Shown here piece by piece: positions 54,658 to 64,000 of a DNA stretch of 64,000 nucleotides. The notes under the pieces are model-generated. The model searched no databases, was not told the origin of the DNA, and saw only the letters and a list, made by a program, of their open reading frames with translations. The position numbers and the translations under genes were made by a program. Origin of the DNA: Schizochytrium sp. TIO01 (Eukaryota > Protista > Bigyra: Labyrinthulomycetes). Within the stretch, counting starts at the first letter, position 1. The number at the start of each line of letters is the position of its first letter. Location of the stretch: contig SMSO01000025.1 in the NCBI GenBank assembly GCA_004764695.1, positions 3,534,001 to 3,598,000 on the forward strand, in the 5' to 3' direction.

Positions 54658-55173
54658 CTTATCTTAATTCGAAGTTGTCGTCTTTATCCGGTCTCAAGAT
54701 CTCGTGAACCAACAAACAAAAATCTGATTGGCTATGTCTGCCGTTTACAAAGTTGAAAAGTTGCCTGTACGAAGCCGACCCAGGGAAGCACCTCTATGCA
54801 ATCAGTCCCAATGTCGTCCAGTTAACTGTATGTATACACGTATTGATAGACACTGATAAATTCCTTCGAGGTTGATTCGGAATTGCAAGACCTAGACCTC
54901 TCTTCAATCTGGACCCAATTCTTCCTTTTCTTTCTTCCTTTTCAACATTTCCTCTCCTTTCTTTAATTTTTATTATATTTTAATAAAAGTGTTTAGAATG
55001 ATCTATCTCTCCGCTACCGCCCCTCCCTTTCTTGAAATGAGCATTTGAGCGCTTCTATTTCGCGTGCGACCCTATAGCAACCTAGGTACTGGTGTTTCTA
55101 CTTACTCATGCCTCCGACAAGAATTCCTTTCAGCCTGGAGAAGGAACCTAGGTAGGTACTATACATTAAGTAC

Positions 55174-56604
55174 CCCAACTCGAAGTCAGCAACTGATCGT
55201 GTCGTGACATACCGCCCAGACTGCCTGCGTCGTTTCTACATTCATTCATACTTCATCCTTTTGTTGATTAACGCACTTCAAGTTAGGCAGAAATAATTAT
55301 AAAAACGTAAGAAAAGCGGGGAGGTACCTCGTTATCTTCCCCCAATTCACAACTGCTTCTGTTGCTGTGCTTCTGCCAAGATCTGAAGAATTCCGAGCCC
55401 GCACTGCGCTCGAGGAGGGGGGTGTATTCGGATCGACACGCCGCCACTGATCTGAATATCGCAGCTGTTTTTTGAGGCTGCTGCCTTCAAGGCCTCTTTG
55501 AAACTCTTTGGCCACGCTGACTTTGCTGCAGATTTGGCAGCAAACGCTGGTCCGCCAGGCACCGGTCCACATGTCGGCTGATTCTGCTGCCAAATTAGCA
55601 GCAAAATGGAAAAGATACGCTTTCTCGCTCGAGCCCAGATTATCTTCGCTCTTGAAAGGTTTGCTTGAGCATCTTTGAGAACTGGGACCCGTCGCCGGCC
55701 CGAATAAGAACACCAAGAGACGAGTTGGACTTGAATCTGATATGCATGCGGGCTCCACACCCTTGAAGAGAAAGATGAGAACGAATTTGTTTCGGACCTC
55801 TCTTCAAGATCAAGATCATGATCAAGATCGAGCTCTCGTTCAAGAACAACTCAAACTTCGGCTTCAAGATCGAGATCAGATTTCAACTCGATCCCAGCTT
55901 ATGTGAATCTTTTGGCCTGGGACTGAGGAAGAGGCCTCAACTTCGAGGCGAGCGCAGCAGCAGTGCCTTTGAAACCATCTGTCTTAGAAGAAGACGCTGC
56001 TTATCCAGAGCGCCGATTCTTTGAAGCCAGAAGCTTGCCAACCAATTTACAAAGTTATCCCGTCCCTTTCAAGAAGATCGCAGACGCCACGCGTGGGCCG
56101 CACAAATTGCCTCGTCGGCAGAGCACCGTCAGGCAGGCTGGCCGGCCGTGGCCAGTCCGCTGAGCCCTGAGGTGCGCCATGAAGCTTCGCTTTGGCGGCC
56201 TTGAAGGCCGAACTCAGGATAAGTCCGTCACCGCCCCGGTTTGCGCTCCAATTTGCGTGTGCGAAGGATACGACTAGAGAAACCCCTCCTCCGCCTCGAA
56301 GCAGGCGCTATCGAGCCGTACTTGGACGACGTCGAAACGGGCTTGTGCAAGCCTTCTGCAACAGATAGCCAGCCATCTGCTGCGCAGTTCGGAACGAGTT
56401 TGAACGCGAGCTCGTTTAGATTTGAATTTGAACTCAGATTTGGATTTGAATCAAAGTTAATTTTGATTCTCAGGATTTTCAAGCCAGTCTTCTCTTTTTG
56501 CAGATGATTTCGGGTGCCCCCCTGATACATGCATTCCTAACCTTGCGCTCACCCGAGCTTAACCGCGGAAAGGTCAAGGGAAGGCACCTTTTGGGCTTGG
56601 GGCA
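55174..56604. pseudogene. GC-richer, coding-like but stop-riddled block between GMC paralogs 1 and 2 (decayed gene or mobile-element relic)
   Basis: Protein-like fragments in more than one frame interrupted by stops; internal TCAAGA-type micro-repeats at ~55800-55880; no family recognised. Confidence 0.3.
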
Positions 56605-57448
56605 TAAGTACTGGGGCTAAATTGGTTATTTGTCTGAAGACTCAGCCGTACATGAGTAATTAAAGGACGAATTTGATTGAAGTTAAGGTTCTTGAGGTCA
56701 CGAGAGACTGAAGGTTGAAACGTATGGGGACGACAGTGAAATGTCTTGATCGGATATTGAGCTATCTGGCAGCCAACTGCGCAGCACTCCAGAGGTGTGC
56801 GGTCATGGAGTCATAGTGTCGAAGGTCAGGACTTAGTCCAAAGATGGGGCGGGGGGCGCTCTCTTCGGAATCTGCGAGTTGAGGAGGGAACAGTCTTCGG
56901 AAATTAATTATCTTGCAATAATGTTCTCCAGCCAGTAGATTTAGACTTTTTCACGCAATCGATTTTTTTTTACTGAGAGAAAAAAGATGTTTCGGTCATT
57001 GGATGCGTTGTTCAAATTTTACAAAAACTATCCGTGTTGAAGAAATAATGTGTAGAATATATTTACATCAGGCGTTGAGGCTATGAGAAACGTGTGATTT
57101 GACGCGAACTCTAAACCAAGCAAAACGATTGATAAGATCAGCCTCTGATTGTTGAGAATGACGTTGAGGGGCTGTCCGCCAACTATTTATCTATGTTTCG
57201 TTGTGCATTAGCTAACGTTTAATAGCAAAGAATGGGCCAAGGTTGGTAGTTTAATACCACTATTTTGCAAAGATGGCGCCAAAAGCTTCTATTCATGAAT
57301 TATGAGCCCCAAAAGTGAATGTTTAATATCAATATAATGACAACTACGTGATCTTTAGTTACATTAAACAGATTTGAAATCCTTATTTTATGATGAAAGT
57401 CTCTTCTTTTCTTTTCTTTTTTTAAATATATAAGAAGATATCTGAATC

Positions 57449-59320
57449 TTAAATAGATCCACTGCGAATAAAGTCCGCACAGCGTTCTCCAATCATTACC
57501 GAAGGAGCATGCGTGTTGCCAGAGGTAATCTCAGGCATGACGCTAGCATCAGCAACACGAAGGTTCTTGAAACCCTTGACCTTGAGTGTGCGAGCATCGC
57601 AAACTGCTGTAGGATCATCAAGGCGACCCATCTTTGCGGTACCAACAGGGTGGAAAATAGTTACGGTCTGCTCACGGATCTCCTCGATAATATAGGCATC
57701 TGAGTTGGGGTCATTTTTGGAGGCCTTGTTGATCACACGGGGGCCAAGGATGTCTTGAAGAGCGGTGGAATTATCAACAATCTCAATGCACTTGCGGTAG
57801 CAGGCAATGAGCATCTTCATGTCATCTTCATCAGAAAAGTATCTAGGGTCAATTACTACCTTGTCAAATGGACAGTTGGATCTCAGCGTAACCTCGCCCT
57901 TACTACGTGGTCGTACTAGTGACGGCAAGACATTCAAGCACGGGCCGTAATCTGTGGTGTCTTGGTATCGAGGCAGACTCATGTTGTAACCAAAGTTCTT
58001 TTCAGTAAGCGCTGGGTCACTGTTATTATACGGCGAGAAATGAATTTGCAAGTCATTGCCATCTTCTTCAGGACGGATACCGGACCGGAAAAATGCCGTG
58101 GCTAGAATAATGGGGACCGACAGAGTACCCGATCCAGAAACATAGTAGTCCCAGAATGCTTTCATAAGTTCCAGAGGCTTGCCGGAGAATTGGGGCACAT
58201 TTGGATTGATCGGGTATGTAATGAATGTCAAAACATGATCTGAAAGGTTCTTTCCAACCGGTAAATCTGCAACACAAGGAATGTTATGCCTGGCAAGTTC
58301 ATCTCGAGGTCCAATGCCACTGAGCATAAGGATCTGAGGAGTGTTAACTGCTCCAGCCGAAACAATAACTTCTTTGCGTACACCAACAAACTGAGACGGA
58401 ATTTCGTCGCTCTTGAGCTTCTCTGCGTCATAGTTGCCAGATTTAAAGATGACACCGGTGGCTGTATCTCCCTGGGTCACAATCTTTTGCACATGAGCAT
58501 ATGTCATAACTGTAAGATTGGGTCTTTGAAGAGCCCCGGTCTCATACAAGAACATACTTGCAGTATCACAACGCTTTCCATCATGCACATTGACCTGACA
58601 CATGCTTGCACCAGTCTGCGTAGCACCGTTGTAGTCATGAGGGCCAGGGATGCCAGCTTCGTCGCATGCAGCAACAAACCGATTGCAGATCTCCCGTGCT
58701 GGAAAGGTCAGAGCCGGATCGGTCAAATCGGTAACCTTCAATGGTCCTGTACGGCCATGATAACCCTCGTCATGATGCCCCTTTTGTATTTTATTGCTCG
58801 TGAGCAAGTTTTCGGACTTCTTGAAGAAAGGAAGGCACTCCTTTGAAGACCACCCATCACATCCAAATTCATTTGCCCACTGATCAAAGTTTCGGGGATC
58901 ACCACGAACGTAAAGCATATAGTTGATGCTCGACGACCCACCCAGACCTTTGCCGCGAGCCCAATGACTCTTGCGGTTGATCATAGATTCTTGAGGTACA
59001 GTTCGCATGGCCCAGTCAAAGGGGCCATTCTGCAGAGTCGGGCAGGTCAACATTGGGTGGCGAACCTGCGATTCCTGATTCGTGCCGCCAGCTTCAAGAA
59101 GTAGCACAGATACTTTAGGGTCCTCACTGAGTCGGGAGGCAACAACACATCCAGCAGATCCAGCTCCGATTACAACATAATCAAATTCACTTGGTAGATC
59201 ACCACCTTGCTGAAGTCCAGCTGTTTCCTGAGTTCCGAGCCCCGCATTGGTCTTGCCACTTGCTTGCAGATGGCTTACGAGCTTATGGACTCGACGAGCA
59301 CCATCCTGAGACTGATTCAT
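57449..59320 (-). CDS. GMC oxidoreductase, paralog 2, with PTS2
   Basis: DYVVIGAGSAGCVVASRLSE, RGKGLGGSSSINYM, TIFHPVG, GNTHAP; first ATG at 59320 (MNQSQDGARRVHKLVSHL). Confidence 0.96.
   Translation of the reverse strand: MNQSQDGARRVHKLVSHLQASGKTNAGLGTQETAGLQQGGDLPSEFDYVVIGAGSAGCVVASRLSEDPKVSVLLLEAGGTNQESQVRHPMLTCPTLQNGPFDWAMRTVPQESMINRKSHWARGKGLGGSSSINYMLYVRGDPRNFDQWANEFGCDGWSSKECLPFFKKSENLLTSNKIQKGHHDEGYHGRTGPLKVTDLTDPALTFPAREICNRFVAACDEAGIPGPHDYNGATQTGASMCQVNVHDGKRCDTASMFLYETGALQRPNLTVMTYAHVQKIVTQGDTATGVIFKSGNYDAEKLKSDEIPSQFVGVRKEVIVSAGAVNTPQILMLSGIGPRDELARHNIPCVADLPVGKNLSDHVLTFITYPINPNVPQFSGKPLELMKAFWDYYVSGSGTLSVPIILATAFFRSGIRPEEDGNDLQIHFSPYNNSDPALTEKNFGYNMSLPRYQDTTDYGPCLNVLPSLVRPRSKGEVTLRSNCPFDKVVIDPRYFSDEDDMKMLIACYRKCIEIVDNSTALQDILGPRVINKASKNDPNSDAYIIEEIREQTVTIFHPVGTAKMGRLDDPTAVCDARTLKVKGFKNLRVADASVMPEITSGNTHAPSVMIGERCADFIRSGSI
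59267..59293 (-). other. PTS2 nonapeptide RVHKLVSHL (GMC paralog 2)
   Basis: Residues 10-18 from ATG 59320 match R-[LVI]-x5-H-L. Confidence 0.85.
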
Positions 59321-60704
59321 CTTTTCACAAGGTTGAAGCAAAATTCTTAAACAACAAAGTTCGAAGCAATTCAGATTTGGATGTCTGAGACCCTTTAAGT
59401 TTCTGGTGCAGATTTCCTTGCTTTATTAATACCTTCAACACTACTACCTCAGCTAGATACATGATTATTTTTTTAGTACTACATAGGAGTGTAAAAATAA
59501 AGATCTCTGCCTGAGTCAGGTACAAAATATGGTGCTTTGATGAACTTTTTTGTCGTTTTTGCTTCCCAACAATAGCTGTCCTCATGAACAGAACCTTCAA
59601 CTTATTACTCTCAGTCTCCCAAATATAATACGCGCTGCGTAAATAGAATCTTTATCCAGTTAAACATTTTCTACTGCAAGCTCCGTCTAGTCCGCCACTT
59701 TGGTCTAATTAAACGAAACGCTGCAAGAATCGCACCGCTCAAGCACTGCACCTGTCTTTTTATTATGCTTGTAGAGCTAGTCCCAAAGTACTAGGGCCTT
59801 TTAGCTACGCTATGCGAGTCTTAAACGTGTCGGTTCCACTGTTAACAGAGTATCGATGTGAAGATCTTCAATGATCTGCGATTCAAGGAAAGTTGACGAG
59901 TTAGACCGTCCAGCAACTCAAGGGACGCCGCTCCAAGTACGTAAAGGAAGGATTGAAGCTCTTTGTAATTCTGATTCCCATCATGGTCATTATGACTATG
60001 TTATTAAGCACCTCAGACCGCCAGTTCTTAAGGTCCGGTAACGAGATATGGACCCGTAAGAGTGGCTTTGTTCAATTTGGAAAGCTGATTGAAGTAGTAT
60101 TCAGATATCCTAAATAGAACAGTCTCGCCAGTCTTTACTTGGGTGAAAGGTAGAGTAAAAACGGGAAGGAAGCACGTTTTTGCTCATAAAAGGTGTGGTT
60201 CCAGTTGTCGTGGGAGGTCACGGTGTGAGCTCTAGGATCAAGTAAGATGAGACTTTCCTGTGCAAGCTGCCAGGCTGCTTAAGAAGAACATGTGTGGAGT
60301 GAATGTATTGTGGTCTTACTAATCCTAACGCAGCATACATATAAAGGTTTATGTTTCACAATCGCGCAGAATTTTATCTTGATCCGACTTTACTTGATGC
60401 TGAAAGGAAGAAAGTATAAAAAGTTGATGAAAGGACCATGATTTATAGTCCTATTTTCCTTGAACAGACATGTAAAGTCTCCGGATTTCGCGAGGTCATT
60501 CAAATTTGCCATCTTATTCTAAATATGTCATTCAACTTACCTGTGTTGTTCTGTAAATAACTTCTAGTTATTTTCTATAATAGCTTGTTGAGAGTCTGAA
60601 TGCATTGAAATTGCATCTTTGAAGTGGTACAACGAGGGCGAAAATGTGAGCGATAATAATGAAAAAAACTTGCAAGATTGCTTTTCGAAATTAGGTAATA
60701 CCAA

Positions 60705-62573
60705 TTATAGGCCTTTTTTGATGAAGTCAGCGCAGCGCTCACCAATCATGATGCTGGGAGCATTTGTGTTGCCAGAGATGACATCAGGCATTACACTTGC
60801 ATCGGCCACCCGCAAATTCTTAAATCCCTTGACTTTGAGATTTTTTGCATCGCAGACAACCAGCGGATCATCAGGATGTCCCATGCGTGCTGTCGACGCC
60901 TCGTGGTAGATTGTGCAAGCCTTAGAACGAATTTCTTCAATAATATAATCGTCGGAGTTAGGATCAAATTGGGAGTGCTTGTTGATAATTCGCTCCTTGA
61001 AATGACCCTTAAAAGCTTCAGACTTTTCGGCAATCTCAATGCATTTGCGATAGCAAGAAATTAGCATACGCACATCATCTTCATCGTCCAGATAGTTCGG
61101 GTCAAGACGAGGTGGGTCAAAAGGGCTTGCCGACTGAAGTCCAATGACTCCTTTGCTCAGCGGCCGAATGAGAGAAGGTAAGAAAACAGCTCGATTTGGA
61201 TGACGCATTGAATCAGCATACTGAGGGTGGCTAGAGTCCAACCCGAAGTTTCGCTTAATTTGCTCCAAATCATTTTGAGCGTATGGAATGAAGTGAATCT
61301 GCAAGCAGTTGCCATCCTTCTCCGGGCGAATTCCAGATCGAAAGAAAGCCAATGCCGTGGCAGGCCCGAACATAAAAGGCCCAGCACTGTTGACGTAGTA
61401 ATCCCAGAATGCGCGTAGTACATGCAGTGGCTGGCCAGAGAAAGAAGATACATTGTCAGCATATGCATATTCAAGAAAAAAGAGCAAATGGTCCGTGAAG
61501 CTCTTGCCAACTGGAAGATCCGCAACGCAAGGAATGTTAAATTTCGCTAATTCTTCGCGAGGGCCGATACCACTGTGCATAAGAATGTGTGGAGTATTTA
61601 CAGCGCCTCCCGACACAATCACTTCCTTTCGTGCCCGTACAAACTGGGATGGGACCGCGTCACTCTTAAGAGTTTCAATGTCGTAGTCTCCAGTCTTGAC
61701 GAGGACTCCAAGGGCTGTGTCCCCCTGAATTACGACCCTTTCAACATGAGCATGGGTCACAACCGTGAGATTAGGTCTTTTGATAGCACCGCTGTCGAAA
61801 AGGAAGGCTGACGCACTGTCCACACGTTTACCATTTAAAGTCGTAACTTGCGAGAGACTGACGCCTTCTTGTTCAGGACCATTGTAATCATGTGGACCAC
61901 GAATGCCACATTCGTTACATGCAGCAACAAAGCGCTCCGACGTGTCACGCGACACCATGTGATAGATTGGATCAGAGATGTCGGTGACAGCCATTGGGCC
62001 TTCCCGGCTATGGTAGCGCGAATCATGAAAGTTGGGGTCCATCTTGTCACTGGTCACCAGCTTTTCAGAACGCAAAAAGAAGGGCAAAACATCCTTATAG
62101 CTCCAGCCTTCACAACCATATTCTTGCTCCCATTGGTCAAAGTTGCGAGGGTCGCCGCGTACATAGAGCATTGTATTGATCGATGACGATCCCCCCAAAC
62201 ATTTCCCGCGAGGATGATGCGAAATGCGGTCGTTCTGATTCTTTTGCGGTACAGTGCGGTACGCCCAATCATAGGTTGAGGTTTGTAAGTCAGCACATGT
62301 CACGAGAGGCTGATGCACTCGGTAAACTTGATTTGTAGCTCCAGCTTCAAGGAGTAAGACCTTTACATTCGGGTCCTCACTTAAACGCGAGGCCACGACA
62401 CAGCCTGCTGAGCCGGCACCGCAAACGATATAATCATAATCTCCAGAAATCACACCTCCATTTTGAAGGCCAGATGTTTCTTGAACGTAAATATGCTTCT
62501 CAGGTACATTTTGAGGATTTTTAGCAAATGAATCCTGTAGATGACTAGTCAGCTTTTCCATACGGCGCGACAT
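60705..62573 (-). CDS. GMC oxidoreductase, paralog 3, with PTS2-like signal
   Basis: DYIVCGAGSAGCVVASRLSE, RGKCLGGSSSINTM, TIYHEAS, GNTNAP. Confidence 0.96.
   Translation of the reverse strand: MSRRMEKLTSHLQDSFAKNPQNVPEKHIYVQETSGLQNGGVISGDYDYIVCGAGSAGCVVASRLSEDPNVKVLLLEAGATNQVYRVHQPLVTCADLQTSTYDWAYRTVPQKNQNDRISHHPRGKCLGGSSSINTMLYVRGDPRNFDQWEQEYGCEGWSYKDVLPFFLRSEKLVTSDKMDPNFHDSRYHSREGPMAVTDISDPIYHMVSRDTSERFVAACNECGIRGPHDYNGPEQEGVSLSQVTTLNGKRVDSASAFLFDSGAIKRPNLTVVTHAHVERVVIQGDTALGVLVKTGDYDIETLKSDAVPSQFVRARKEVIVSGGAVNTPHILMHSGIGPREELAKFNIPCVADLPVGKSFTDHLLFFLEYAYADNVSSFSGQPLHVLRAFWDYYVNSAGPFMFGPATALAFFRSGIRPEKDGNCLQIHFIPYAQNDLEQIKRNFGLDSSHPQYADSMRHPNRAVFLPSLIRPLSKGVIGLQSASPFDPPRLDPNYLDDEDDVRMLISCYRKCIEIAEKSEAFKGHFKERIINKHSQFDPNSDDYIIEEIRSKACTIYHEASTARMGHPDDPLVVCDAKNLKVKGFKNLRVADASVMPDVISGNTNAPSIMIGERCADFIKKGL
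62538..62564 (-). other. PTS2-like nonapeptide RMEKLTSHL (GMC paralog 3)
   Basis: Residues 4-12, R-M-x5-H-L variant, positionally equivalent to the motifs in paralogs 1 and 2. Confidence 0.75.
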
Positions 62574-64000
62574 CGTGTTTTGATAGCTCTTTTAATCAAT
62601 AGTTGGTATACTGCACGAATTTCTTGGAAATCTTGAGGGATGCTGATGAAAGGGTTTTGCTACGTCAATAAATTCTATCCATTGGACAAAATTGAGATCT
62701 TGTTCATTAGTAGATTAGAGGAAGGGAAATCAAATATCTGTCTCATCGTATCCTTTATAGTTTGCATGTTTATTTGTTATTTTGCAAGAAAGACCTAATT
62801 AAAACTTAAAACAGTTCAAGTTTTCGTCAAGATATTTGATTCGAGCTCTCTATCATAATTGGTATTCTAAAAAAAGCTAATACAGGAGTAAAACAAGAGG
62901 TATAAAACTAGAACAAATTGCACTCTATGTCCTCCTTATGTGACTTCGACATTGACTTGCGACTTACTTACTCCTTTTTGTTGTATCATAAATTTGGCGT
63001 ATATGGTATGCTATACTCAGGCTGCTTAACTCATATTTAAGCTCTTTTCTTGGTAGTTTTACGAAAACTTTAAGGATCTAGGTTAAACTTCACTCTCACT
63101 AGTGAGAGGTATTAAGTTGAAATCTTTTAGCCTAGGTAAAACCTCAGGAGAATATAATCGCTGGCAAGAAGAAGGCATACAGTACATAACAAAACACAAT
63201 ATCAAATTGCTTTGAAGAACCAGTTCAAATCCGGCCAGTCCGTCGGGACTCAGGCCTGTCCGCCACACAATCCGTCTTGCTAAAAACGATCCCGCTGCCA
63301 TCGTTGCTACTCCAACTGCGCCTCAAATTGATATTGTGCCACTCTAAAAAGTTTCATCACTCAACGAAACCTGTCAAGAGCCCATTTTTCTAAAAAGTGT
63401 CAAAACGAACATACCTTGACACTATTTAGACTGGTCGTTTCTTTTACTCTGAAATCCTCAACTTTAGATCAATCAGGTCGAAGCGGAAACCTATATCTGC
63501 ATTACTTCTAGCATGGCTTCGAAAGGTTTGACGGGGCCGGGAAACATGCAGCGAGCTCCGTAAGATATGCTTGGGGACACAAAGCATCGCAATCGAACTC
63601 GTTCACGAGTTTCACTTTGAGCTCATCACATAATGGATTTTCAAGGAAAATTAAAAACGAGCTTTGAAAAAGATACTACCAAGATGGCATACGGGAGAGG
63701 TTGAAAGAGTCTCTGCCAGTCCACAAAGCACTCGTGCCACTGGTCCGTTCATCTCTCTGGCTTTACATCATTCGGATCATCTATCTTGCATGCTTGTTAA
63801 ACAGTCTATCAAACACTTGTAGCTTGAATTTGGGAGGTTTCTATAGAAAGATGGATTGGTGATTGATTTAGCGCCATGTAGAAGTTTGAAGGACCGACTG
63901 ATGGGTTCACATTCGTGCGACTTTGTAGCGATAAGTACCATTTTATGCATGAGCAATTAGCCTAAGACAAGTGGAACAATTTGCATTGGGAGGTGCATGC

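Noticed and set aside
57500-57525. GNTHAP in GMC paralog 2 as a switch to a His/His catalytic pair
   Set aside because: The catalytic position aligns with the first Asn of G-N-T-x-A-P, which is retained; the His is two residues downstream
52786-60720. C-terminal KGL of GMC paralogs 1 and 3 as PTS1
   Set aside because: Does not fit [SAC]-[KRH]-[LM], and paralog 2 ends GSI; targeting is better explained by PTS2
63083-63301. 72-aa ORF upstream of GMC paralog 3 as a fourth paralog or first exon
   Set aside because: No GMC similarity, no PTS2 pattern and no convincing splice partner

Overview
Eukaryotic nuclear DNA that is gene-rich and almost intron-free, with AT-rich intergenic spacers. Gene content and style suggest a stramenopile protist, plausibly a thraustochytrid/labyrinthulomycete (inference only). 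About 19 protein-coding genes are supported, in order: an ABCA transporter (runs off the left edge and is missing from the ORF track), a coiled-coil protein, a WW-domain membrane protein, a polytopic class-3 lipase, a bZIP factor, an atypical TFIIS-like protein, PEX7, a NO66/RIOX1-like JmjC oxygenase, a spliced FAM241/DUF4605-like gene, a 4-TM protein, a DnaJ protein, a glycosyltransferase-like protein whose stop overlaps a convergent gene, a ~2270-aa protein with 17 Tudor-like domains + EF-hands + 2 SAM domains (including a 210-bp tandem array), a dual-specificity phosphatase, a membrane-anchored sulfite-oxidase-family molybdoenzyme and three tandem GMC flavoprotein oxidoreductases. The strongest signal is that all three GMC paralogs carry an N-terminal PTS2 peroxisomal import nonapeptide (R-[V/M]-x5-H-L), and the PTS2 receptor PEX7 (with an unusual PxxPxR tail) is encoded ~25 kb away. 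This points to an undescribed peroxisomal alcohol-oxidase-type system. Other highlights are the rearranged ABCA ectodomains and the giant Tudor/EF-hand/SAM protein. No rRNA, tRNA or CRISPR could be supported.
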